Origin: Dimorphilus gyrociliatus
Lineage: Eukaryota; Animalia; Annelida
DNA length: 64,000 nucleotides
Reading direction: 5' to 3'
NCBI GenBank assembly: GCA_904063045.1
Contig: CAJFCJ010000004.1
Coordinates: 1,481,713-1,545,712 of the forward strand
Of the stretch, positions 23,208-35,364 are shown in pieces. The notes under the pieces were generated by a model, which was not told where the DNA came from, made no database searches, and worked only from the letters and a program-made list of their open reading frames with translations. Position 1 is the stretch's first letter. Each line of letters starts with the position of its first letter. The translations under genes and the position numbers were made by a program.

Positions 23208-26154
23208 ATGGCGGCAACAACTGGAATTAAATTTGATGATGGATCTGGTCATTCTATAACAAATTGTTTCCCCGTTAGAAACTATAATAGTAGTGGAGGT
23301 AAATTTCATGCGACTATTCAAATCTAGAAAAATAATTTTTCATCTTTGACTTATATATGATAATGTTTACTTGATTTCGTTCAGATCATTTATTTCGCTT
23401 AATATTCTTTTGTAGGAGCTTGGGTAGTAGAACAAAAAGCGGAGCAAAGAAGACGATTTAAAGCAGTATTATGTGCCAATCCAAGAACTTTCGAGGATAT
23501 AAGAGAGGAGCGTAAAAAAGCTGAAAGAACAGGGACAGACTTTCAAGCGCCTTCAGTTCCTCCAGCTACTTCAAGGAAAGATAACGATGACGAGGATGAC
23601 ATAAAAATATTGGACGGTTTCTTTTTGGTAAGTAAGCAAATGAAACTCCTCAATCTCATATATAAATTAAATAATAAACTCTTTCCTTCTCTGAAAATAG
23701 TTAAAGCATTGCTTTGTAGAAGATCCAACAGATCTATGCTCAGTTAACATAAGTGGCTGTGGCTTAACAGACGTGAAAGAGGATGATTTAGTATTATTTG
23801 ATAATGTTATTTACGTAAATGCTGCTGATAACGTACTACAGTTGGAATCGTTAAAAAACTTCTCTATGATGAGGGAATTGGAGTTATCTTTAAATGGCTT
23901 AAGAAATATTAAGATATCACCAGAAAACTTCAATGAGCTTAGGGTTTTGGACGTTTCCTATAATAATCTTAGCAGAGACGATATACTATACTTGGGTGTA
24001 CTAAGGAACTTACAAGTTTTGCATTTATCTTCGAATAATATAGAGAGATTACCTTTGGATATGAGTAGACCATTCGTTATTGGCCAATCAAGTTTCAAAA
24101 GATTTCCAAATTTAGAGGTATTACTGCTAGACGACAATAGTATGTCAGACATGGAGAATTTTGGTCCTCTGGCTGGCTTAACTGAGTAAGTATAAAAGCA
24201 TTAAAATGCTTTGATCTAAATTTTAAACATTAAATGATTAACTCTCTGTAATATTCTTTTATAAAAGATTAAAAGAATTAGATTTATCTCGAAATAAATT
24301 CGAATTTGTACCACATTTATTAATTGCTGAAGGCCGTCATATTACGAAAGATAGTATTCCGTTAAATAAATCAAAGAGTGCCAGAGAACATACAAATGGA
24401 CCAGATAATAAAAAACAAACTTGTTTATCAGCTCCTCAATCTAAAGCTGCTAGTTCTCCATCAAATCCGACACCGTTGAGTAAGTTTTAACACTATAAGC
24501 TGTCGTCTAAATATAACATGTAAGTATTAATCGAGCTTATTTTATTAAAGGGGAATCGTTAATGGGAGAGCTGGAGGCCCTTGATCTCAATGAGGTTGAC
24601 GAGAAAATAGAACAGGAAGAAATTGAAGAACAATTAAAGGACAGTCTTCCACCACCTTTCCTTTCGTTAAGATTATTAAATATGGGCCATAATTTGGTTA
24701 GTGTTTATTTAGCATTTTTAAAACGTTTTTTTCCCTTAAAAAGCATCTTTATTCTATTTTTAATATTTAATTTATTATGATTTGTTATTAATGTCTCTGA
24801 AAGATTACACGAGAGGAAGCTTTGATGCCTGTTGCTGCTTGGCCCAATGTGCAAGAATTGCTTGTGCATGGAAATCCTTTAGTAACCGAACATTCTGGAG
24901 ATCCTGCTTTGTTGAAACAATTTCTCGTAGATCATCTTGGCATACAGTTAATTAGAAAGGAGCCTCCAAAATCTATTAAGCCTACTATAGAAATACCCAC
25001 TAAAAAGGAGAGATTTGTATCTGGTAAAGTTCGAAAAGTTCGTAAAGTTCCCGTCGAAGATTTATTGGCTATTGAGGCGCCAACGCCCCCGTTAAATTTA
25101 TTATCTTCCCCAACGAAGCAGCCTCTCCCGCCAATTCCCCAAAGCCCTAATACGGAAGAGAATAAACAGGAGCATGATGAATATTACGACGACTACGAGG
25201 ACTATGAAGAAGGGTCGGATGTAATTAACTATGGAGATTACAGAACTCCTGACTCTGGACCGCATACAGTAGAAGGACAAAATCTTATTGGCGAAAATGG
25301 CGATGCATTCTTTATGACGCAATTAGAAGAACCAATTGAAGAGCTCTCAGAGCAAGGCTCGGGAAAGCGAGATGATAAAGAGAGAAAGAATGAGAAATAC
25401 AAAGGGCAGACACCAATTAAAAGTGATAAAGAAAAGTTAATGGAACTGTTGGAGATGACAGAGGATGAGCAACTCGCAGTAGACACAGTTAACTTGCCTG
25501 ATAAATCCGGTATGTTTGCTTACTTTTACTTTCTATTTTACTCTTGAAAGCTGATCTTCAATTGTTACAATTTGCTTAACTTTAAGACGTTGCCGCCAAT
25601 GTACGAGCATTGAACTACCTGCTTAATCATCCTTTACAATTGAAAGAACGCAACATCTCCTTACGCAGACCTCAAGTACCCTTCAGACCGGAAATGAAGG
25701 TGTTTAAAAGTTTCCACCCTCTTTGAGAGCTAAAATATTACATTTTTTTTGTTACATCTAGCCGCGCCCACCCGCTGAAGTAAATCCCAGAAAGAGCCGA
25801 TTAAAACAAAAAGAGGAGGCTCTTAAACAAATGAAGAATAGAAAAACATATAAGGAAGCACCGCTAACTGACACCTTGAAAGATGATAAATTAGCAAAAG
25901 ACTTTCCCGACGCGGCTAAATTGTTAAAAAGGGTAAGTTTATAAGTTTATAAATTTTGCATTCAAGGTAGCTTGAATAGCTCAATATATCAATTTCCACA
26001 TTGTGTCAAAGTTCACGAAAATTTTACTTGTTGAAAACTCATCATACAGATTGAAAGACGATATAACAAAGCAAAAATCGATACAATGCAAGAAGCAACA
26101 GAACTTCGAAGTTTGGTTAGGAGTACTATTGAAAAAGTGGCTCCACCCACCTAA
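23208..26154 (+). CDS. XRRA1: X-ray radiation resistance-associated protein 1 (LRR protein)
   Basis: N-terminus MAATTGIKFDDGSGHSITNCFPVRN and 'LDGFFL..KEDDLVLFDNVIYVNAADN..LELSLNG..LDVSYNNL' align with recalled XRRA1; LRR motifs; last exon ends EKVAPPT*. Confidence 0.85.
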
Positions 26155-27092
26155 TATAGGATGTTTTTTCAATTAAAAAAAACTGTGCCAACAATGTACT
26201 GTGATAATAAAACTTTTATCAAGAATATATATTAAATATATATCAAATACAGCCAAATATAAGAAATTCAATGTTCTAATCATTATACGATATTAGGCCT
26301 AAATCTCTATTTTCTGATCACATTGACTTTATTTAATTTCATTCCCTAATCCAAGTAGTATTAAAAAAGTTTTAAAAGATAATCAATATTGAATAGTGAC
26401 AGAAAGTGTGGGGGTAGAGATTGAGAAAGAGAGTGAAAAAGAAATAGAGAAAGAAGAAATAAGAGTAAATAATATAATTCAAGGCTTCTAACCAGGATTT
26501 TTCCCCCTTACCTGTATTTATTTGGTCGTTAGTTGAAAGGTAAACTTTCAGAGTTTTATAAAAGCCTTTGAAATTTTACAAATAAGTTATTTCGTTTCTC
26601 ACGAAAGAATTATTAACAGTTATTACTCCAACCTGTTTATGCTTATATTTAAGATTTTATTGTATATTTAGCTTTTAAAAGGTATGTTTTAATTTCTAAT
26701 CTATATATATATATATATATATATATACTGTATACTAATAAATTTATATATATATATATATATGTTTACACTGTTTATATTTTACATAGAATTCTTTAAT
26801 CAAACATTCAGTCATAAATTATTATCAGTATTGAACTTTCTTTTTTTTGCTGTTCAGAATAATCGATCAATATTGTCTGGAGAAAAGAGATAAAATTTGA
26901 ACTATAGTATTTTCAAAGGGGGTAACATCGAAAAAAAGAAATTATTGAAAAATAGTACAAGATCTATAGAGAATTATCGAATCAATATATACAATTGAGG
27001 CGTGATATTTTAAAAAGAACTATTACTCTCTAGTAATATATACTATACAAAAAGGACAAGATTAATATTAATCCTAAATAAGAAAGTAAATT

Positions 27093-28243
27093 ATGGATAA
27101 TACTATAGTATTCCTTCTTATTCTCTTATTTCAACCCTTGAAATGTTCATTAACAGCGTGTGATATGAATACGAAACATGTTATTCCAAAATGTACAAAT
27201 GAACATATTAAATTAGAAAAAAGAGAAGAAATATTTAATAAAACTGATCTGATATTTTGTGCCGATTACACACCGACAGTAGACTCTCTTGAGATAATAA
27301 TCAACAAGACAAATTATCCAGATTTACTATTGTTGTTGAAATATGAGTATGGAAAAGAATCGTGTTTGACTGATCAGAGTTTTATTATTCAAATTGATGA
27401 AAAGGGAGAAATTCCAGATCCTTTGAAACTAAACAACCAGGAATATAATTGCAGAAGTCGTTTTGTTCAATCTTTGGCTATAATTCTTCGACTTGAATTC
27501 AAGTCAAACTGCTCAAAGAAATTGAGAATGTATTTTGAATTAAAGATAAACGGTACTGAGATTATACCTCTTACAACCTATACTACAAAACTAACAACAA
27601 AAATTGTAAAACATTCAACTACGAAGAGTACTCGCTTCAGCACGAAGCAAACATTAAGTGAAGAAAGAACAAGCGAAATGGCATCAGTACAAGAAAGAAC
27701 AGACGAAACAACACCAATGCCTTTAAACAATTTATCGACTCTCAGTACATTAAAAAAGATTTATTACACGTCCAACTCCGTAACAGATTACGTAACAATG
27801 GGAACAAAGGAGTACGACAAATCCGTCTCAACTTCTAATAATCTTCCTGATTGGTGTAAGTACGAAAAGCTAAAAAATATAATTATCAATGCAGAATTTT
27901 GTTTATACATATAGGGCCTATAATTGTTGGAGTGGGTGGATTTTTATTTGTATTTTTGATAGTCTTCGCTATTTATATTTTTATACTACATCGTATAAAA
28001 GGTCAATCAAAGCCTGACTCTTCTTACGAAGAAATTGACATTGTTCAGCATTCTATTTATTCAGAAATGAACAACGTAACAAGAGTTAGTATTCGATCAG
28101 TCAAAACGCCTGTAAAACTTGACAGAAAAAGTGATAGTATTAACAGAAAATCTCTAATGGTTATTATGGAAAATGATACCTATGGACATACAAGTAATGA
28201 TATAGATGAGGATAGAAAAGTTAGTTTGTCTCAGGGTAGTTAA
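27093..28243 (+). CDS. Orphan type I membrane receptor (exons 27093-27855, 27915-28243)
   Basis: Signal peptide, Cys-containing ectodomain, Thr-rich stalk, TM (IIVGVGGFLFVFLIVFAIYIFIL) and Tyr-motif tail; the phase-1 intron fits. Confidence 0.75.
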
Positions 28244-28564
28244 TCTTTATTAAGCATGAAGATTTTAAACGCTACATAAAAAAAAAGTGTATTCAAGTGT
28301 TTTTTTTTACGAATAGAATAAAGGATTTTGTATCTGAAAATTAAACAATTTTTTTATATATATTTATATATACTGTACTTTTATGTGTTAGATAATGTAT
28401 ATTATTATTATTATTATACATATGTTTTTTATTTTTTCAACTGATAACAATTTGTAACTTTCCCTCCTTTTCTACTAAACGGTTTTCGTTAAAGAAGAAA
28501 TCTAAGCATATTATTGATAACGTTGATTATGAATTGCGTTGAATCTGTCGACATACTTTCGTAG

Positions 28565-31368
28565 CTATAATAAGAGAAAATTCAATAATAGTATATTGCA
28601 AAGATGGTAATACTTGCTTCTGTCGCTTTCAATGCCTTTGTCTATTTCAGAAACAGATCTTTCTTTTGAAATGCTTTGACAAGATAAAAAAGGGTTGTTC
28701 TTCTCTAGGTCACAAAGTATAGCATTCCTTAATGATTTGACTAAAGACAATTTATTACGATCATCTTCCAACGCAAACTCTAAACTACAGCCAGAATTTA
28801 GTAAGAAGAGCTTGTGCTGAAGAATTCTTCCGTACAAAAATTTCCAAGGATGACAACTGCTTGCAGGTAAGGGTTGAGCGCACACATCGTTGAGAAACAG
28901 GATATGCTCAATCCCTAAGGATAGCATTTGTCCAATATACGAAGAGCGAGTAGTAAATTCTGATGAATTGAATTCGAACGCAGTACCAGCAGATAAACGA
29001 CTGTCAACTGCTGCAACAATGATTGCATCAAATTCATTTGAAGTTAACACGCGAGTCTTTTGACTTAGAAGATATCGCAACAGTAAGCATAAAGTCATCA
29101 GCTCCTCAGGTATGACTTTAGGGTCGAATATATTGGCATCATTATTAAGTGTGCAATATCGCAAAGCCATTTCACGTAACTTTTTATGCTGATTTTCTTT
29201 ACCCCACCACAAATGAGATAAAGATAAATAATTAGCTTTTTTGGGCTTAACCTCAATGTCAAACTCCTTAATTTCACCTTCACTGCCAACGAAGTACTCT
29301 TTCACCAATATTTTATTCGGTTTACTGTTTTCCGTACCAGATTGCTGTAACAAAATATTATAAGCTTTAGCTCTTAACGGCCGAAACATGTCATTCATGT
29401 TTGATCCCATGCGAAAGCAATCTACATTCCAAATGTTTGGGATTTCAATTTCTCTCTTTTTAAAAATGAAAACAAAATAAATTAGTTAATTATTAGCCAT
29501 TTTAAAGAGTACTAATCAGCAAACCTTGCTTAAAATCTGCAATATCCAAGGATGCATACATCCTGTCGTATACCTGTCTGTTGCAATTTTTAAAGCATTT
29601 CTCTGTACTTGACTATCCACAGATCTCGTTATCTTTAAAATTAAAGAAATGTGTCTAGCTATCATTCTTTTAAAACAATCCGAAAATAAAATAAAATATA
29701 TATAAACCTGTTTCTTAATTATTGTATTTTCTCTCTCTTCGGTTTCATCTCCGTAGGTGAAATTGGATAGATTATGGTATTTAGCTTCAAGAGAGGAAAG
29801 ACGATGACGTTAAGACAAGTAATTATCATTAATTAGCTTATTACCGTAATATTTAGCACATTTAATGAACTTGGCAGACAGAACCTCTTTTTCTGAATCG
29901 CTATAGCTGTTAAACATACATTATTACATTTGTTAAAGATTACATTTATTCAGATTAAATTACTTGATGAAAACGCATTTCGCAATTCCCTCCAAGTCAG
30001 TATGAGATTTTAGCTTTTTAACAAAAGCACTAACTCCAACGATAAGTTCAAAGTTATCAATCTGTTAAAAAAATATTTAATGTAATAGATAAGTTACAGA
30101 AAAAGTCTCAGACAAACCGAATCTAATTCGTCAGGATTTCTTAAACTAAATAGGTCAAGATAAAAAGTAAAAAATTCTTCTCTTAGAATATAGGGATTTT
30201 CTGTTAAATTTTAAAATGTATTTAGTCAATATTTTATATATCTTTTAATTTACCAAGTAAACTGCCAAGAATTGGTAGACGTTCTACATCTAGCTCCAAA
30301 CATTCTAGTAACTTCTTTAGTTTTATTTCTTTCATGCTCATTGTTCCCGAAAAAGTTAACTTTAAAGAAGAACCAAGATATAATTTCGTGTCAAAAGTAG
30401 CGGAAAAGAAGAATGATATATCATTAGTAACAACTCCATCAATTGCATACAGCTTAACCATTTCCCGTATATCGGCCTTTTCGCTTACAATTACTATTTG
30501 GTTCAAATGTTGGAGCATGCTTTGAATAAAGAATCGGGCGGAATTAGGAGCGACCCAATATTTCTTAGTCGGTAACTTTCTACTATCTTCTATGGATATT
30601 ATATTATTCTTTGCAAGCTCACTATTGAAAAGTCTCACTTTTCGCCAAAGGGATTGAGATTTATCAATAGCTCCCCGAAAAGCGAAAACTAATTCAATTC
30701 TATTCTTTGATGAAGTGAAACATAAGTTTTCCAAGAACTTATACGAACTTCCCCAGTCTCCTCCACTCGTAAAATCATGTAGAAAGCCACCATAGAGTCT
30801 TTGAATAGTTTCATCGCAATCTATGAGCAGTCGGAAAGCACGCTCACTTTTTATACTTTTCCTCCAGTCCTTAATAGTTTCTAAAAGAAAGTCTTGCTCT
30901 TTTTCAAAAAGAGCATATAAAGAATGGTTCTTGAAATATGACATTTTAAAGTTATTTTTCAAACCCCTGAGGCTAAAAAGTCAATTTTTCAACAGACCAA
31001 AAAAGATTTGGAAAAGTTACAAATGTCTGGGAGTGCAACAGCGCATGCGTCTATCAACACCGGTTTACTGTTTTTCTTTACCGGTTTTTATACTAGAGAC
31101 ATCTGGTTATTGGCTTTCGGTTGTCAAGCATTCTTTGATAAATTTTTTTTGAGTGATATCTTTTATATTTTATCACATAGAATTGTTTTCTTCAACAACC
31201 TTTCTAAATATGAGTCAGGGGTAAGAGTTATTTTTCCGAGAAGATAGAAATTCGCACTTAATTCGCTAAATTTATCTTTTTCTTTCTATTTTCGTATTGA
31301 GCTTTAAATTCGCATTGCACAAATTTTAAACAAATATAAACACGCTACTTTCCTATCTCAACATCCAT
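28565..31368 (-). CDS. FAM120: FAM120-like (PIN-fold, constitutive coactivator of PPARG family)
   Basis: 'LLIDCDETIQRLYGGFLHDFTSGGDW..IELVFAFRG' matches the FAM120 N-terminal domain; multi-exon. The first exon (31349-31368, MDVEIGK) is inferred from phase compatibility and is less certain. Confidence 0.82.
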
Positions 31369-31847
31369 TTCTCGACTGGGAACTCCTTTCAAAATGTTCT
31401 ATACTATAATTTTTTATTAAGTTGTAGGTTTAATAGGAATATGGTTGATAATTGGAAGATATGCGCATCTAAAAAAGCTAATTAATTTAATTACAGATGA
31501 TTTATATAAGTATATATACGCTTTTTCACAATTTATCAAATAATGATCTAAAAGTTCTAGTATAATAAAAATATTGGATAAAAGGTACGCTAAATTAAAA
31601 AAAATAAGTATTAATTATAACAGACTTGGCGATAATGTAGATGGAATGATTCTATCTATTACACTAATTTTTAAAGAATAGTGATAGCTCTAAAAAGTTT
31701 AAATATCACCAATTACCAAATATATGAAAAGACGGCAGCTCTTGTGGTTTTCAATTATAAGAAACTACTGAGCGAAAAATCGATTTTGCTTTATGATGCT
31801 GTCTCACCTGAGCTTTCAAAAGCTCATACAGTTTTCATACGTTGCAG

Positions 31848-32131
31848 AACAACAATTCGGTTCCAAACCTCGTCGCAGAATGGAAAACCGGTCATACTCT
31901 GGGATAAGCCTGGTAATAATTTGGATTATTATTCCGAAAACAAAAGCTTTTAGTTTTTCAACATCCTTTTTTTCTATTTAGAAGTAAACTCAGAAAAGAA
32001 AAAATTTGGTTACAAGGCTAAAACTAATCGAATACCTCTGCGCTCAAAAAAATTCGAAGATGATAAAGCTAAATTAAAACCTCCAAGACCCATCTCGAAG
32101 AGTAATGGATCCGAAAGAAAGACAACTATCA

Positions 32132-32166
<35 letters not shown>

Positions 32167-35042
32167 GTCATGAAGGGTTCAGTGACCTTATCTCAAAAAC
32201 AGTTAGACGCTATCCTGACAACGATTGGAACGTTAACTGAAGAAAATGCAAAACTACAAGTAGCCCTTGGTAAGTATTTATAAAGAAAACTAATATGGTC
32301 AAATATAATCTTTAACGTATACGGAGTGCAAAGCGCCACTTACAAGAATATATAGCACTTTGTGATATTATATGTATCATATGTATCGTGTATCTTACAG
32401 AAACTGAACCAGCTAGCAGTGAGTTTATTCACCGTTTGATAGTTTTTTGTCTTTATGTTTTCTAACGTTTTTAAATTGATAAAACTCGCACGATAACAAC
32501 TAATTTTAACCCTGTTTAATTTTATCCAAGTGCAAAAATTTATTTCTCCCTTTTTTGATATTTATATATATATATATATTCAGTATATATTGTATCTATT
32601 TATAATATATATGTATATAATATATGTACACTACCTTCATTGCTAGTTACAGCTTTTATGTATAAAATTACATTTTCAGAGGAAGAAAAGTCAGCAGCTC
32701 TGCCGCTTCCTGAGTCAACAATTCCACCTCCATCAGTTGCTGAAACTACGATAAATAGTACTCATACAAAAGAATATGAAGAGTAAGACAATTGTTTTTC
32801 TGGGGAACAAACGTTTATATAGTGTTTTTCATTATTATTCATACTTAGCGTGCAAACAAAAGGAAATATAATCCAAAATGAAACTCCAAAACCGCCTTTA
32901 GCAATTCCGAAAGCTCATATGACTTTGGCGGAGAAAAAACGCTTAGAATGGGAAAAGGAAAAAGATCAAGCAAACTCTAATTGGGATCCCTGGGGAAGGC
33001 CAGGTTGCGGCGCAAAAAATGCAACAGTTAATACTAATCCAATAAGAAACAATACCCCTCCTGCTTCCAGGACAGGTAGTAAATATCATACAGTTTCTTT
33101 TTTCATTCAATTTTTAATTTTATTTATGTAACAGGTGCTGAACGCATTCACGTTAATCCGACCAGCGTACCTGGTCTTGAATCTGCCTCACCCTCTGTCC
33201 CACAATCTCGATCGCAACCAAATTTAAGTTCTAATCGAGGTACTACTACTACTCCAAATCAAGTTGCTCCAGCAGCAATTAGGAGTTCGTTTGTTATCGG
33301 TGGTGCTGCGCCAGATGAAAGTCGTTTTGACAGAACTAAAGAGCAAGAAAAGAAACTATGGCTAGAGGAACTAAATATGCAGAGAGAAGAGCAACGTCGA
33401 AAGAAAGAAATGGAGAGAAAATTAAAGAACAGTGATGAACCAACGTGGGCAGAGCCGAGAAAAAGCGTGTCGAATACAGATCAAACTACAGGCTATGTTC
33501 TCAATTCGTATACAAGCCCTCCTAGTAATACAGAACACTCTTACCTAAGGGGAGCAAACGTTCACTTAGATGAGGTCACTAAGCGGGAAATGGATGAAAA
33601 GAGAAGACGACACCTTGAGCATCAGGAAGCCATAAAAGCGCAAGTAGAGGAGAAATTAAGGAAGAAACAAGAAGAGAAAGATCGTCAAATGAGAGAAGAA
33701 ATGGAAATAGAGAAAAAGTTAGCAGAAGAGAGAGATGCTTTGAAAAAGCAACAAGAATCAGAGCAGATGAAAGCACGGACGGCAGCCCAACAACAGGCGG
33801 AGCGTATCAGACAATTAGAAGAAGCTATGAAAGACGCTGCTACAGCTGCAGAAAGAGATAAACGCGAAAAGAGATTAAAGAAATTGCAGAGATCTGGTCA
33901 CGATACTGCAAGATTGAGTGATGCCTATGCAACTGGTAAATATTCATATTTCTATTATCAAATACTATAGGGCGAAATGGCTACAGAAAGTCTTTTTTTC
34001 TCTAAACCTTTCTTGAATTGCTTCAATTAGACGAATCTGAGGAATTTGAATTCGTACAAGGTAGTATATGCGTGATTAAGAAACATTTGTTAAATCCATC
34101 ACTCTCCAAAAAAAAATCACTGCATGCTTTGGTGTTTAATTAAACTCTTATTCGTTTCCATTAAAATCTCTTTTTTTCTTTTTATCTCTTAGAGAGGTCA
34201 GATGAAATCGATTTTCCTAAAGATATTGAAGAACCGAAAGCTTTCGATTTACCCCCTGCGACCAGTAGATCAAGAGAATTTGGTGTTCAAGCTAATTTAA
34301 ATGTAGCTGATAATGATAGCGATGATGTTCAAATTGAATATAAGGCCCTACCTACTCCCCCCATTAAAGTTGTTCCAAAGCCGAAAGAAAATACAAATGA
34401 CAGAAGACGAGTTACTAAACAGAGTGAAAAAGCTCAAAGACCAACGCAACAAAGACCACCCCCAAGAAATAATCCTCGCAATAAAACAAGAGACAATCAC
34501 CCAAAAAGGGAATTGGTTAGTAAAAAACCGTCTCCTCCACAAGTTAGGTCAGTTAAACCTAAATCTCCACCCGTTCCGTCCGTTCATAATCGAAAGAAGA
34601 CACCGCCCGTTATGGATGCTCCAAACGAATTTGTTCCATTTATTAGATCAGTGAATGTCCTCGATCCTTCGGTTGCCGAAGACCCTTTACCAGTGTCAAG
34701 GGAACAATCAAGCGTAGTAAGAGGTCGAAAAGCTTACAAAGAGGGTCAACAGCCGGCAAAATACGGTACAGAAATGTTGAACCGAGACGACCCAATTTTT
34801 AATCCAGGATTAGTAAAAGATAACCCCACATTGAGACAATCTCGTATCTTACAGCATCTATCTGATCTACGCAGAGTAAGTAAATTATAATATTCAGTGC
34901 AAATATATTTATCTATATTTATACCTATATTTACTGTATATACAGTATATACTTATATTTATATATATATATGTATTATTTTCAGGGTCTATTGTTAAAG
35001 CAAAGAGAAGCGGAAGTTGCTATGCCTAGTGTTGATAGTTAA
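31848..35042 (+). CDS. CCDC66: Coiled-coil domain-containing protein 66 (centriolar/ciliary); start codon not resolved, lies upstream
   Basis: 'SYLRG..REMDEKRRRHLEHQEAIKAQVEEK', 'EFVPFIRS' and C-terminal 'RQSRILQHLSDLRRGLLLKQRE' match recalled CCDC66 motifs; polyQ at about 32133-32166. Confidence 0.8.
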
Positions 35043-35364
35043 AATATGTGATATAATCCTGTTTTATTTATTTTTTTTATCTTAAACCCTGAAAACAACT
35101 GTTTCAGGTGTGTTATAAATAAATATGATACACTTTTTTTTACTTAATCTATGTCATAGAGGGCGGTATTGGTGTCGGTTAAAATGCAGTAACATACCAT
35201 GACAGACAATTAATCGTTCGTCTCTTGAGTCCATTTCTTCGGTTGATACGAAGCAATAAGCTTAGCTATTTCACTCTACTAAATTCATCAGTTGTAAAAT
35301 ATCTAATCGATCGATAAAATCTTATCAAATATTGGTAACTATAAACAAAAAAAGCAAAGAAAAG

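Noticed and set aside
23022-23321. 99-aa minus-strand ORF
   Set aside because: Antisense to XRRA1 exon 1 and the shared promoter; no recognisable features.
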